Source: Rhodospirillales bacterium RIFCSPLOWO2_02_FULL_58_16
GTDB taxonomy: Bacteria > Pseudomonadota > Alphaproteobacteria > Rhodospirillales > 2-02-FULL-58-16
Length of the DNA: 58,608 bases
Direction of reading: 5' to 3'
Assembly: GCA_001830425.1 (NCBI GenBank)
Contig: MIAA01000016.1
Span: forward strand, 104,055-162,662
The translations under genes were made by a program, and so were the position numbers. Below the pieces are notes generated by a model. It saw nothing but the letters and a program-made list of their open reading frames with translations. It ran no database searches and was not told the DNA's origin. This document shows positions 45,782 to 56,251 of the stretch, in pieces (the first letter of the stretch is position 1; each line of letters starts with the position of its first letter).

Positions 45782-46404
45782 CTCATGCCCATGCTTAGTT
45801 CCTTGACGCCGTTGCGCTCGGCGATTCCTTTAAGCAGGGCAAAATGAAGGGAAGGCTCTTCGTCAAGGGGCGGAATGCACATAAGGCCGCGCACGGGCAA
45901 TCCCAAATCACCCCGGCATGTTTTGATAAAAGCATCGGCGTCTCCGGGAGCGACTCCCGCCTTTTGCGACTCCTCGCCGGTATTGACCTGAATAAAGCAG
46001 TCGGAGCAACGACCGACGCGATTCATCTCGTCAGCCAAGGCGCGGGCCAGTTTAGCGCGGTCAACGGTCTCGATGACATCAAACAATTCCACGGCGCGGC
46101 GCACCTTGTTGCGTTGAAGGGGGCCGATCAGATGCAGTATGGCGTCGGGGAAATCGCCTTTAAGCGCCGGCCACTTTTCTTCGGCTTCCTGAACCCGGCT
46201 CTCGCCGAAAACCCGACAGCCGGCCTCCAGCGCCGAGCGCACCCGGTCCCCGGAATGAGACTTGCCGACGGCAATCAAGGTGATTTCTTCCGCCGAACGG
46301 CCGGCTTCCCCGGCGGCCTTGGCTATTTGCGCCTTTACGCGGACTATATTTTCCGCAATATCCGATTCCATCCGCATTCCCATACTATCCGTCAAGAGAG
46401 TCAA
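45703..46404 (-). CDS. yggS: YggS-family pyridoxal-phosphate homeostasis protein
   Basis: ITLIAVGKSH (PLP lysine), HLIGPLQRNK and IRVGTAIFGER at the C-terminus. The true start is probably one of the internal Met codons at 46383, 46377 or 46371. Confidence 0.85.
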   Translation of the reverse strand: MTLLTDSMGMRMESDIAENIVRVKAQIAKAAGEAGRSAEEITLIAVGKSHSGDRVRSALEAGCRVFGESRVQEAEEKWPALKGDFPDAILHLIGPLQRNKVRRAVELFDVIETVDRAKLARALADEMNRVGRCSDCFIQVNTGEESQKAGVAPGDADAFIKTCRGDLGLPVRGLMCIPPLDEEPSLHFALLKGIAERNGVKELSMGMSHDFDVAIRFGATLIRVGTAIFGERE

Positions 46405-46409
46405 AACCC

Positions 46410-47045
46410 ATGACGACCCTATCAGACATATCGTACAAGCTCAATTTACGGAATCGACGCCCGGCCGAGAACGTAAGGCTGCCGCCGTTGATTTTAATGA
46501 CCGACAATATCAAATTACCCGACCCCCTGCCGGTCGCCGCCGCCCTGCCCTGCGGCAGCGCCGTTATTCTTCGCCATTACGACGCCCCCGACCGCTCCGG
46601 GCTGGCCCATGAGCTGGCGGCGCTTTGCAGGCGTAAACACCTCCGCCTTTTGGTGGCCGGCGACGCCCGACTGGCCTTGGCCGTGGGGGCTGCCGGATTG
46701 CATCTGCCCGAAAAACAGGCGCGACAGGGGCCGGGGACATGGCAAGCCTGGCGGCGTCCCGACTGGATTGTCACCGCCGCCGCCCATTCTCCCGCCGCCT
46801 TGCGGCAAGCCGCCCGGATCGGCGCCGACGCGGCGCTGTTGTCTCCGGTATTTGAATCCGCCGGTCATTCGGAACTTTCTCCCTTGGGGCCTTTGCTGTT
46901 TGCGGCCTGGCGTCGCTCAAGCCCTCTTCCCGTCTATGCCCTGGGGGGAGTTTCCGCCGCCACCGCCCCTCGCCTGTCGATCAGCGGCTGTTGCGGACTC
47001 GCCGCAATCGACGGGCTGGCATCTCCTTGTTCTTTAGTATATTAA
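46410..47045 (+). CDS. Thiamine-phosphate synthase (ThiE/TenI) family protein
   Basis: LILMTD, LLVAGDARLALAVGAAGLHLPE, AAAHS, GADAALLSPVF and YALGGV fit the TMP-synthase TIM-barrel pattern. Confidence 0.65.
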   Translation: MTTLSDISYKLNLRNRRPAENVRLPPLILMTDNIKLPDPLPVAAALPCGSAVILRHYDAPDRSGLAHELAALCRRKHLRLLVAGDARLALAVGAAGLHLPEKQARQGPGTWQAWRRPDWIVTAAAHSPAALRQAARIGADAALLSPVFESAGHSELSPLGPLLFAAWRRSSPLPVYALGGVSAATAPRLSISGCCGLAAIDGLASPCSLVY

Positions 47046-47076
47046 AGTCGCCGACGATCCGGTGGAATGGACTGAG

Positions 47077-47604
47077 ATGAAAAAACAGAACAGCGCCTTC
47101 AGTCAGCTATGTATTTGCGCCATTGTTTTAATGGCCGTTATGCTTTCATCCTGTGTCGAGCCTTATACGCCCGAAGAACTGGAAGCGCAAAAGCGGGCAA
47201 AAGCGGCGCAAACCGCCGCGAATCCCGGCATTTTCAGCGACGGAGGAATGTTCGGCGGCGGCCGGGGCGGCGAGGGCAGCAGCATCGGCGTAAACAGCTT
47301 TCTGTGGCGGGCGTCGCTTGACACCATTTCCTTCATGCCGGTCAGTTCCGTCGATCCCTTCGGCGGCGTCATCATCACCGATTGGCATTCGGCCGCCGAA
47401 GCCCCGAACGAGCGCTTCAAGTTGAATATTTACATTCTAGGCCGGGCGCTGCGCGCCGACGGAATAAGGGTGGCGGTATTCCGTCAGGTTCAAGGCGGCG
47501 GCTCCTGGAAGGACGCCCCCGTCCCCGAGAAAACGGGCGCCAGCATCGAAGACGCCATCCTCGTCCGCGCCCGGCAGCTACGGAACGAAACGCTGCAACA
47601 ATAG
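47077..47604 (+). CDS. DUF3576-family lipoprotein
   Basis: Lipobox VMLSSC, then VNSFLWRASLDTISFMPVSSVDPFGGVIITDW. It lies upstream of leuS, as is common in alphaproteobacteria. Confidence 0.7.
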   Translation: MKKQNSAFSQLCICAIVLMAVMLSSCVEPYTPEELEAQKRAKAAQTAANPGIFSDGGMFGGGRGGEGSSIGVNSFLWRASLDTISFMPVSSVDPFGGVIITDWHSAAEAPNERFKLNIYILGRALRADGIRVAVFRQVQGGGSWKDAPVPEKTGASIEDAILVRARQLRNETLQQ

Positions 47605-47619
47605 GATCGGCTGATCATC

Positions 47620-50196
47620 ATGCCGCGTTATAATTTCAGGAAAACCGAAGCTAAATGGCAGTCTGTCTGGCATAAACGGGGCTGTTTTGCCGTCGGCGAG
47701 GATTCTGATCGACCGAAGTACTATGTGCTTGAGATGTTTCCCTATCCCTCGGGACGCATCCACATGGGGCATGTGCGCAACTATACCCTCGGCGATGTGA
47801 TCGCCCGCTATAAACGCGCCTGCGGCTTCAATGTATTGCACCCGATGGGCTGGGACGCCTTCGGCCTGCCGGCGGAAAACGCCGCCATCGAGAACAAGAT
47901 TCACCCGGCGAAGTGGACCAAAGACAATATCGCCGCCATGAAGAAACAGCTTAAATCGATGGGGCTTTCCTACGATTGGTCCCGTGAAATCGCCACTTGC
48001 GATCCGGAATATTACAAACACGAACAAAAAATTTTCCTGGATTTTCTCAAGCACGATCTGGTCTATCGCAAGGAATCCTGGGTCAACTGGGACCCGGTTG
48101 AAAATACCGTTCTCGCCAATGAACAGGTAATTGACGGAAAAGGGTGGCGCTCCGGGGCGAGCATTGAAAAGCGCCGGCTTACCCAGTGGTTCCTTCGCAT
48201 TACCGCCTTCGCCGAAGAGCTGCTGGCGTCGCTTCCCACGCTGACGCGATGGCCCGATCAGGTCCGGCTTATGCAGGAAAACTGGATCGGTCGTTCCCAA
48301 GGGGCGTACATTGATTTCGAGCTTGCCGAAGTTTTTGCCGACGCCCCCGATTTAAGCCGCCTTAAGGTCTACACCACCCGCCCCGACACCATTTTCGGCG
48401 CCGCTTTTTGCGCCGTCGCCGCCAATCATCCCCTGTCCCTGAAACTGGCCGAGAAAGACCCCGGCCTGGCGGCGTTCATTTCCGAATGCAACCGCCTCGG
48501 CACCAGCGAAGCCGCCATCGAAAAAGCGGAAAAGACCGGCTATGACACTGCATTGCTTGTCCGTCATCCCTTTCTTCCCGCAATTACCCTGCCCGTTTAT
48601 GTCGCCAATTTTGTGCTGATGGAGTATGGAACCGGCGCCGTTTTCGGGTGTCCGGCGCACGATCAACGGGATCTGGATTTTGCCCGAAAATACGGCCTGA
48701 AAGTAACTCCCGTCATTGCTCCCCCCGATGTCGATCCTGCTTCCTTCAAGATTGACAACATCGCCTACGCCGGCGACGGCGTCCTTATCAATTCGCATTT
48801 TCTCGACGGTTCGGATGTAGAAAAGGCCAAGGAAGCGGTGACCGCCCGCCTTGAATCTTCAGGCTCCGGCGGCAAAACCGTAAATTATCGTCTGCGCGAC
48901 TGGGGCGTTTCACGGCAACGCTATTGGGGATGCCCGATCCCGGTGATCCACTGCGCGGAGTGCGGCGTCGTCCCCGTGCCGGAAAATGACTTGCCGGTCG
49001 TCCTGCCCGAAGAGATCAGCCTGAACGCCTTCGGCAATCCCCTGGAAAACCACCCGACCTGGAAAAATGTCGATTGCCCGAAATGTCATAAGCCGGCGCG
49101 TCGTGAAACCGATACCTTTGATACTTTTTTTGAATCATCCTGGTACTTTGCGCGGTTTTGCTCACCGAAAGCAAAAACCGCGTTCACGAGGGAAGCCGTC
49201 AATTACTGGCTGCCGGTGGACCAATATATCGGCGGCATTGAACACGCCGTGCTGCATTTATTGTACTCGCGCTTCTTTACTCTCGCCATGAAGCGCTGCG
49301 GTTACCTGGATGTCGAAGAGCCGTTCGCCGGCCTGCTGACCCAGGGCATGGTTTGCCACGAGACCTACCGCGACGGCGACGGAAGCTGGCTTTTCCCGGA
49401 TGATATTACCCCCGCCGAGGGCGGAGGCTTTGAATATAAGGGAAAGGCGGTCACCGTCGGCAGATCGGAAAAAATGAGTAAATCGCGCAAAAATGTCGTT
49501 GATCCCGAAGCGATCATCAGCGCCTACGGCGCCGATACGGCGCGACTGTTCATGCTTTCCGACAGTCCCCCGGAGCGGGACCTGGACTGGACCGATGCGG
49601 GAGTCGACGGCGCCTGGCGCTATATCAACAAGCTGTGGCGCATGGTCGCTTCCGCCGGGACATATCTTTTACCCGCCGCCGCCGACATGCCGGACAACCT
49701 GAGCGACGACTGCAAGGCGTTGCGCCAAGCCGTTCACCGGACAATCGCCGCCGTTTCCGGCGATCTTGACCGGTTTCATTTCAACAAGGCGGTGGCCCGA
49801 ATCAGGGAATTGACCAATAACGTTGACGCCCTCGCCGAAAACGAGGAAGGAGCGCCCTGGGTTATCCGCGAGGGTCTGGAAACGATAATCCGGTTGATCG
49901 CGCCGATGACGCCGCATATAGCCGAAGAGTTATGGCTGACGCTCGGCCATGACGCCCTGCTTGTGGACGCCGCATGGCCCAAAGCCGATGATTCATTATT
50001 GCGCGAAGATTGTGTTACCATCGGGGTCCAGGTAAACGGCAAGCTTCGGGGAACCATTGACTTGCCGAAAGACGCCGATGAAAGCGAAGTAGAAAAGTCG
50101 GCGCTGGCGCTGCCCAATGTCGTTAAGGCCATCGACGGTAAAAAAGTGCGAAAAGTTATTATCGTGCCCAACAGGATTGTAAATGTTGTTATTTAG
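47620..50196 (+). CDS. leuS: Leucyl-tRNA synthetase
   Basis: [15 protein letters not shown] (HIGH-type motif), KMSKSRKN (KMSKS motif). 858 aa. Confidence 0.97.
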   Translation: MPRYNFRKTEAKWQSVWHKRGCFAVGEDSDRPKYYVLEMFPYPSGRIHMGHVRNYTLGDVIARYKRACGFNVLHPMGWDAFGLPAENAAIENKIHPAKWTKDNIAAMKKQLKSMGLSYDWSREIATCDPEYYKHEQKIFLDFLKHDLVYRKESWVNWDPVENTVLANEQVIDGKGWRSGASIEKRRLTQWFLRITAFAEELLASLPTLTRWPDQVRLMQENWIGRSQGAYIDFELAEVFADAPDLSRLKVYTTRPDTIFGAAFCAVAANHPLSLKLAEKDPGLAAFISECNRLGTSEAAIEKAEKTGYDTALLVRHPFLPAITLPVYVANFVLMEYGTGAVFGCPAHDQRDLDFARKYGLKVTPVIAPPDVDPASFKIDNIAYAGDGVLINSHFLDGSDVEKAKEAVTARLESSGSGGKTVNYRLRDWGVSRQRYWGCPIPVIHCAECGVVPVPENDLPVVLPEEISLNAFGNPLENHPTWKNVDCPKCHKPARRETDTFDTFFESSWYFARFCSPKAKTAFTREAVNYWLPVDQYIGGIEHAVLHLLYSRFFTLAMKRCGYLDVEEPFAGLLTQGMVCHETYRDGDGSWLFPDDITPAEGGGFEYKGKAVTVGRSEKMSKSRKNVVDPEAIISAYGADTARLFMLSDSPPERDLDWTDAGVDGAWRYINKLWRMVASAGTYLLPAAADMPDNLSDDCKALRQAVHRTIAAVSGDLDRFHFNKAVARIRELTNNVDALAENEEGAPWVIREGLETIIRLIAPMTPHIAEELWLTLGHDALLVDAAWPKADDSLLREDCVTIGVQVNGKLRGTIDLPKDADESEVEKSALALPNVVKAIDGKKVRKVIIVPNRIVNVVI

Positions 50197-50704
50197 ATAT
50201 CTCTCCGTTTTTCTGATGCTGGCCCTGCTTGCCTCCTGCGGGTTTCGCCCCATGCACGGGAGCCGCGCCGGCGGCGAAGTCGTCGCCGACCTGGCAAGCA
50301 TCGAGGTCAAGCCGATCACTGACCGCAGCGGACAGCTTTTACGCAACAAGCTACAGGATACTCTTACCCCCGGCGGCCGCCCCGACAAGCCCCAGTATCT
50401 TCTCAACATTAAGCTTAATGAGAGTATTCAGCAGTTAGCCGTGGAAAAAGACGCCTTTTCATCCCGCGCCAATCTGATCATGTCCGCGAGCTTCTCTCTT
50501 TCCGAGGCCGCAACCGGCGCGTCCTTGTTTAAGGGATCAAGCAAAATCGTAAGCAGCTATAACATTCTGACCTCGGATTTCGGCAACCTGATGGCGGAGA
50601 AAGACGCGCGAACCCGCGCCGTCGAGATGATCGGCGATGATATTCGCACCCGCCTGTCGGGTTTCTTTTCCCTCCCCGCCGCTAAAGGAGTCCCCAAATC
50701 GTAA
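50183..50704 (+). CDS. lptE: LPS-assembly lipoprotein LptE
   Basis: Lipobox [12 protein letters not shown]. 173 aa. It sits between leuS and holA in the conserved position and overlaps the leuS stop by 14 nt. Confidence 0.8.
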   Translation: MLLFRYLSVFLMLALLASCGFRPMHGSRAGGEVVADLASIEVKPITDRSGQLLRNKLQDTLTPGGRPDKPQYLLNIKLNESIQQLAVEKDAFSSRANLIMSASFSLSEAATGASLFKGSSKIVSSYNILTSDFGNLMAEKDARTRAVEMIGDDIRTRLSGFFSLPAAKGVPKS

Positions 50705-50754
50705 AGATTCCGCCGGGACGCCTGAATGATTTCCTGCGCCGTCCTGATCCGGCC

Positions 50755-51723
50755 ATGCGCTGCCTTCTTTTATACGGACCTGATCAGGGTCTGGTCCATG
50801 AACGGGCCGATATATTGGCCCGAACCGTAGTCGATGATCTGCGCGACCCGTTTCGCGTCGTCGAATTAACCGGAAAAACCCTGAAAGAAGACCCGGCGCG
50901 GCTGGCGGATGAGGCAAATGCCCTGTCTTTCGGCGGAGGGGGACGGGTCATAAGATTGCAGGACGCTACGGATTCCTTGTCTGCTTTATTCAAGGAGTTT
51001 TTCGCTTCAAGCCGCATCGAAGCCCTGGTTATCGTCGAAGCGGGTCCGCTGAAGGCGCAATCATCTTTGCGCAAAACGTTCGAAGGCGCGAAAAATGCTG
51101 CGGTTATCGCCTGTTATGAAGATGAAAAAGCCGATCTTCGCAACATCGTTAAAGAATCGCTCGGCAAGCACAATATCTCCGTCTCCCCCGACGCTCTCGC
51201 CGTTTTAATCGATTGTCTCGGCGCCGATCGCTTGATGAGCCGCAGCGAACTGGATAAATTAGCCCTGTACATAGGAGGCGCCGGCGCGGTTACGGTAGAA
51301 GACGTCCGCGCCTGTATCGGCGACAGCTCCGCAATCTCATTGGATGATGTTTTAAGCGCGGTATTTGATGGCGATCGCCTTGCCCTGGAACATAGCTTGA
51401 CGCGCTCTTTCGCCGAGGGGATTTCGCCCGTAACCATATTGCGGGCCGCCGCGAATCATCTCCAGCGGCTTCACCTCGCCAAAGCGCTTGTCGCCAAGGG
51501 GCAGGCCCCCAAGCAAGCCATGAAATCCTTGAGGCCTCCCGTTTTTTACAAACAGGAAGATCGTTTCGCCGGCCAGTTACAACTTTGGACCAATAAAAAA
51601 CTGGCCTCGGCCATGGATCTCGTCACGGAGGCCGAACTGGATTGCAAAACGTCCGGACAACCGGACAAGGCTGTTTGCGGACGAACCCTGTTGCGTCTGG
51701 CCCAGGCGGCGCACCACGCCTGA
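50755..51723 (+). CDS. holA: DNA polymerase III delta subunit (coordinates from first ATG; true start probably upstream, see findings)
   Basis: LLLYGPDQGLVHERA N-terminal pattern and delta-subunit length. It occupies the position after lptE. Confidence 0.85.
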   Translation: MRCLLLYGPDQGLVHERADILARTVVDDLRDPFRVVELTGKTLKEDPARLADEANALSFGGGGRVIRLQDATDSLSALFKEFFASSRIEALVIVEAGPLKAQSSLRKTFEGAKNAAVIACYEDEKADLRNIVKESLGKHNISVSPDALAVLIDCLGADRLMSRSELDKLALYIGGAGAVTVEDVRACIGDSSAISLDDVLSAVFDGDRLALEHSLTRSFAEGISPVTILRAAANHLQRLHLAKALVAKGQAPKQAMKSLRPPVFYKQEDRFAGQLQLWTNKKLASAMDLVTEAELDCKTSGQPDKAVCGRTLLRLAQAAHHA

Positions 51724-51725
51724 TT

Positions 51726-52637
51726 TTATGATTCGCTTTCGTCGGCGTTTTCCCGCCGCGCCCCGTGCGCCCCGTGACTCAGGCGATGAAGAATGTCGTC
51801 CAGTTGATCCAAAGAATTATAGTGGATGGCCAGGGAGCCTTTCTCGCCGCGAAATTTGATCTTCACCATCAGGCCGAGAAGGTTGGTCAGGTCATTTTCA
51901 AGAGCGATGGCGTCGACATCCTTGGCCGCCGGTTTTTTGGCCGTCGTTTCGGTTCGACCGTTATCCTTGGCCAAAAGCTCGGTCTGCCTGACGTTAAGGC
52001 CGCGCTCGACCACCTGACGGGCAACCGCTTCCGGGTCTTTGACATTCAACAGCGCCCGCGCATGGCCGGCCGTCAGCTCGCCCCTTTCCATCATCGCTTT
52101 TACGGAACCGGGAAGTCCGAGCAGCCGCATCATGTTGGCGACGTGGCTTCGACTTTTACCGACGGACTTGGCCAGATTCTCCTGCGTATGTTTGAATTCT
52201 TCAAGCAGCCGGTTATAGCCCTCCGCTTCTTCAAGAGGGGAAAGGTCCTGACGTTGCAGGTTTTCCACCAGGGCGACTTCCAGAGCCTCCCGGTCATTAA
52301 GGTCCTTGATGATTACCGGAACTTCATGCGCCTTGGCTTTTTGCGCCGCCCGCCACCTGCGCTCCCCGGCGATGATTTCAAATGAATCGGCGTCACCCTG
52401 ACGGCGACGGACCAATAACGGCTGAAGAACGCCCTTTTCGCTTATTGATTTGGCCAGCTCATTGAGCGACTCCTCATCCATGATGCGCCGGGGCTGGTAT
52501 TTGCCGGGATGAAGAAGCTCAACGGGAACCATTTTGGAGACGCGAAGCCTGTCGAGAGCCGAGTAATCCTCGCCTTTCTCGCCGAGCAACGCCGAAAGCC
52601 CTCTTCCAAGGTTTTTGCGCTTGGTTTCAGCCGCCAT
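51726..52637 (-). CDS. parB: Chromosome partitioning protein ParB
   Basis: GLSALLG, GVLQPLLVR, IIAGERRWRAA and the HTH segment LAKSVGKSRSHVANMMRLL. Confidence 0.95.
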   Translation of the reverse strand: MAAETKRKNLGRGLSALLGEKGEDYSALDRLRVSKMVPVELLHPGKYQPRRIMDEESLNELAKSISEKGVLQPLLVRRRQGDADSFEIIAGERRWRAAQKAKAHEVPVIIKDLNDREALEVALVENLQRQDLSPLEEAEGYNRLLEEFKHTQENLAKSVGKSRSHVANMMRLLGLPGSVKAMMERGELTAGHARALLNVKDPEAVARQVVERGLNVRQTELLAKDNGRTETTAKKPAAKDVDAIALENDLTNLLGLMVKIKFRGEKGSLAIHYNSLDQLDDILHRLSHGAHGARRENADESES

Positions 52638-53446
52638 TATCTTGCCATCCGGTTTTCACGCCGCAAAACTTCGCTGGCCAAATGAAGATAAGCCTGCGAA
52701 CCGGCGCAAGCCATGTCATAAACCAGGACCGGACGACCATGGGAAGGGGCTTCGGAAATGCGAACGTTTCTCGGAATCACCGTTTTATAGACTTTTTCGC
52801 CGAAAAATTCACGGACATCGTTTTCAACCATCCCTGACAAGTTATTGCGTTTGTCAAACATGGTTAACACAATCCCTTGTATTTCAAGGCTTGAGTTGAA
52901 GTTTCGTTTCACTCTCTCAACGGTTTTAACCAGAAGGCTGATCCCCTCCAGCGCAAAAAATTCGCATTGCAGCGGCACCAGCACCGCCTGCGCGGCGACG
53001 AGAGCGTTAATCGTCAACAGATTAAGGGAGGGAGGACAGTCGATCAGAACATAATCATAATCGCCCGCCCCCTTGATGAGGGCTTCGCGGAGGCCGTACT
53101 CCCGGCGCTCATAATCAATCAGCTCGATCTCGGCCCCCGACAAGTCCAGGCCGGAAGGAACGATCTGAAGGCCGGGAATATCGGTATTCAGAATCGCCTC
53201 GTTGATCTCGGCCTCGCCGACCAGAACATGATACGAATTGCAATCCCGTTCGCCCCGCTCAATACCAAGTCCGGTGCTGGCGTTCCCCTGCGGGTCCATA
53301 TCTATGATAAGTACTTTTTTCTTAACCGCCGCCAACGCCGTTGCCAGATTGATGGTGGTCGTGGTTTTTCCAACCCCGCCTTTTTGATTGGCGACGGCAA
53401 AGATACGCACGCCGCCTGCTTGACTCTGTTCATTATTTTCAGCCAT
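52637..53446 (-). CDS. parA: Chromosome partitioning ATPase ParA/Soj
   Basis: Deviant Walker A, FAVANQKGGVGKTTT. DMDPQGNAS. 269 aa. Confidence 0.95.
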   Translation of the reverse strand: MAENNEQSQAGGVRIFAVANQKGGVGKTTTTINLATALAAVKKKVLIIDMDPQGNASTGLGIERGERDCNSYHVLVGEAEINEAILNTDIPGLQIVPSGLDLSGAEIELIDYERREYGLREALIKGAGDYDYVLIDCPPSLNLLTINALVAAQAVLVPLQCEFFALEGISLLVKTVERVKRNFNSSLEIQGIVLTMFDKRNNLSGMVENDVREFFGEKVYKTVIPRNVRISEAPSHGRPVLVYDMACAGSQAYLHLASEVLRRENRMAR

Positions 53447-54065
53447 GGCGTCGAGATATTTCCCCTAATTGCAGGATCGTCCCCGTCGGATCGGAAACGC
53501 TGCGGATCATCTGAGCCGACATCTTCCATCTTTTTAGTGATTCCGTCAATTCTTCTTGCGCCTTTTGCCCCTTGAGAAAGAGACATTTTCCATCGGTTTT
53601 TAAAAGCGGCCAAGCGTATTCCAGCAATTTATTCAACGACGCGCAGGCGCGAGCCGTAACATAATCGGCCTTAATGCCCTGTTTTTCTTCGATTCTCCGA
53701 TTATGAATAACGGCTCTGGTTTCCAGAACGCCGTTCAATTCACGCAAAAATGAGCATTTTTTACCATTGCTCTCGATCAAATGAATTTCATGCGTGGTGA
53801 GGACGGCAAGAACCATCCCCGGAAACCCCGCCCCGCTGCCCATATCGATAATTATTTTTTTATCGGCGGGAAGCAACGCAAGTAATTGCGCCGAGTCCAG
53901 AATATGCCTTCGCCAAATATCATTGAGGCTCCCCCGGCCGATGAGGTTCATCCGCTTTTGCCATTTCTCAAGAAGCCTCACATATGCCTCAAGGCGCGCC
54001 ATTTGTTCGTCCGTTATCGAAACGATTTCTCGCAGGTCCGTGGGCGGCGACGCTTCCGTTGTCAT
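53439..54065 (-). CDS. rsmG: 16S rRNA (guanine527-N7)-methyltransferase
   Basis: LLEKWQKRMNLIG and DMGSGAGFPGMVLAV motifs. ATG 54065 lies 1 nt after the mnmG stop. The 54125 extension overlaps mnmG. Confidence 0.9.
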   Translation of the reverse strand: MTTEASPPTDLREIVSITDEQMARLEAYVRLLEKWQKRMNLIGRGSLNDIWRRHILDSAQLLALLPADKKIIIDMGSGAGFPGMVLAVLTTHEIHLIESNGKKCSFLRELNGVLETRAVIHNRRIEEKQGIKADYVTARACASLNKLLEYAWPLLKTDGKCLFLKGQKAQEELTESLKRWKMSAQMIRSVSDPTGTILQLGEISRRHG

Positions 54066-54066
54066 T

Positions 54067-55995
54067 TCACTTCCCGCCCTCCGCCTTTTCCATTGTTTCA
54101 CGTGAAACGGCGGCGGAATGATCAATATGCGCCTTTTTGCCTTTGCGGCGAACGTAAGCCAGCAGGATCGTCAACGCCGCCGGCGTTACGCCAGGTATCC
54201 GCGCTGCGGCGCCGAGCGTCGCCGGACGGGCGCCGGCAAGTTTGGCCCGCGCCTCTGTTGAAAGTCCGGGGACGAAGGCAAAGTCCAGATTCGTCGGCAC
54301 TTCCAGCGCCTCATCGCGGCGAAACGCCGCAATATCCGCGTCTTGCCTTTCCAGGTAGGCGGCGTAGCGGGCTTCTATTTCAATCTGCTCAACAATTTCG
54401 GCGTCAAGATCGCCGATGACCGGCCATAACGTCAATAGCCGACTCATCCTGACTTCCGGATGGGCCAGCAATTCCATGCCGTTGCGCCTCAAGCCGTCCA
54501 TATTAATCTTAATCCCGCGCTCGCGAAGCTTATTAGAGGTTATTGTAAGCTTTCCCAGAACGTTACGAGCGTTTTTTAATGCTTTTTGTTTTTTAGCAAA
54601 TTCTTTTTTTCTTAACGGCGACACACAGCCGATTTCGATCCCTTTCGGCGTAAGCCGTTGATCGGCGTTATCCGCCCGCAAGCGCAGCCTGTATTCCGCC
54701 CGCGAGGTAAACATCCGATAAGGCTCAGTGACCCCATGGGTCACCAGATCATCGACCATGACTCCGATGAAGGCGTCGGCGCGATCCAAAACCAGAGGGC
54801 TTTTGCCGATGGCCGCCGTCGCCGCGTTGAGTCCGGCCATAAGCCCTTGGCCGGCCGCTTCCTCATATCCCGTCGTCCCGTTGATCTGCCCGGCAAGATA
54901 GAGTCTACTCACGCGGATGGTTTCCAGGGTGGGCTTGAGTTGTCGCGGATCAACGTAATCATATTCGATAGCATACCCCGGCCTTAACATAACGGCGTTT
55001 TCCAGGCCGGGGATTGTCTTCAGCAGTTCAAGCTGCGCATCTTCCGGCAGCGACGTGGAAATGCCGTTGGGATACACGGAAATATCGTCCAGGCCTTCCG
55101 GCTCCAGAAAAATCTGGTGACTGTCCCGTCCGGCGAATCTCACTACTTTATCTTCTATGGACGGGCAATACCTTGGTCCCACGCTTTTGATCTGCCCCGA
55201 ATAAATGGGGGCGCGCGCCAAATTATCACGAATCAATTTGTGTGAATCCGGCGTCGTCCGGGTAATATGGCAAGCAACCTGCCTCGTCCTGATTTCTTTA
55301 GTGAGAAATGAGAACGGCGTCGGCGGCGAGTCGCCTTCCTGCGCGGTGAGATTCCGGTAATCAATCGTGCGGCCATCCAGTCGCGGCGGCGTTCCCGTTT
55401 TCAGCCTCCCCAAAACAAGCCCCAGCTTGATAAAGGTTTCCGCCAGACCGCGTGACGGCGATTCGCCGATCCGCCCGGCCGGCGTCTGCGTTTCGCCGAT
55501 ATGAATCACGCCGCGCAGAAATGTCCCGGTAGTTACCACCACGCACTTTGCGCCATGCTCTCGCCCGCCCGTCAACCGGACACCGCCGAGCTTGCCGGAA
55601 GCATCGAAAAGCAAAGCGTCGACTTCGCCGGCAATGATCTCAAGATTATCCTGCTCCTGAAGAAGCAACTGAATCGCCTGCTTGTATAGTCCCCGATCAG
55701 CCTGGGCGCGCGGGCCATGGACGGCCGGCCCCTTGGATCGATTCAGCATGCGAAACTGAATTCCGCTTCGATCAATCGCCCTCCCCATCAGCCCGTCCAA
55801 AGCGTCAATCTCCCGCACGATCTGCCCCTTGGCCAAGCCGCCGATGGCGGGATTGCACGACATCTCGCCGATGGTCTCTATCTTGTGAGTGAGCAACAGG
55901 GTGCGAGCGCCCAGGCGAGCGGAAGCGGCGGCCGCCTCACACCCGGCATGGCCGCCGCCGATGACGATAACGTCAAATTTTTGATCCGTTTTCAT
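54067..55995 (-). CDS. mnmG: tRNA uridine 5-carboxymethylaminomethyl modification enzyme MnmG (GidA)
   Basis: [19 protein letters not shown] motif. 642 aa. It sits in the conserved gidA-gidB-parAB order. Confidence 0.97.
   Translation of the reverse strand: MKTDQKFDVIVIGGGHAGCEAAAASARLGARTLLLTHKIETIGEMSCNPAIGGLAKGQIVREIDALDGLMGRAIDRSGIQFRMLNRSKGPAVHGPRAQADRGLYKQAIQLLLQEQDNLEIIAGEVDALLFDASGKLGGVRLTGGREHGAKCVVVTTGTFLRGVIHIGETQTPAGRIGESPSRGLAETFIKLGLVLGRLKTGTPPRLDGRTIDYRNLTAQEGDSPPTPFSFLTKEIRTRQVACHITRTTPDSHKLIRDNLARAPIYSGQIKSVGPRYCPSIEDKVVRFAGRDSHQIFLEPEGLDDISVYPNGISTSLPEDAQLELLKTIPGLENAVMLRPGYAIEYDYVDPRQLKPTLETIRVSRLYLAGQINGTTGYEEAAGQGLMAGLNAATAAIGKSPLVLDRADAFIGVMVDDLVTHGVTEPYRMFTSRAEYRLRLRADNADQRLTPKGIEIGCVSPLRKKEFAKKQKALKNARNVLGKLTITSNKLRERGIKINMDGLRRNGMELLAHPEVRMSRLLTLWPVIGDLDAEIVEQIEIEARYAAYLERQDADIAAFRRDEALEVPTNLDFAFVPGLSTEARAKLAGARPATLGAAARIPGVTPAALTILLAYVRRKGKKAHIDHSAAVSRETMEKAEGGK
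54094..54109. other. parS centromere site (15/16 to palindromic consensus)
   Basis: TGTTTCACGTGAAACG lies inside the last codons of mnmG, where it is read as V-S-R-E-T. Confidence 0.75.
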
Positions 55996-56133
55996 ATGGC
56001 GACTTTATAAATAAGTATTTCCCGAGTCAAACATCAGCAAAATTAAATAATGGTAAATATTTTATTAACGATGTTTTTTCGTTTTCCGCCATCAGTGAGT
56101 CATCAACATTTATTCCGGCTTTATCGACGGCGT

Positions 56134-56149
56134 TGTTTCACGTGAAACA
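56134..56149. other. parS centromere site (perfect 16-bp palindrome)
   Basis: TGTTTCACGTGAAACA lies in the AT-rich mnmE-mnmG spacer. Confidence 0.8.
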
Positions 56150-56235
56150 GCAACCCATAAGAACAAAACCGCCTTTTTTGAAATTTAACCCAATATTATC
56201 CGATTTGATTCTATTTCGTTCTAAAAAATAAACAA

Positions 56236-56251
56236 CGTTTCACGTGAAACA
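56236..56251. other. parS centromere site (15/16)
   Basis: CGTTTCACGTGAAACA directly abuts the mnmE stop codon (56252-56254). Confidence 0.75.

Noticed and set aside
55996-56251. oriC call for the AT-rich mnmE-mnmG spacer.
   Set aside because: Only two weak DnaA-box-like 9-mers (7/9 and 6/9) are present and there is no box cluster. In alphaproteobacteria the origin usually lies elsewhere near this gene group. It is kept only as a low-priority test in the findings.
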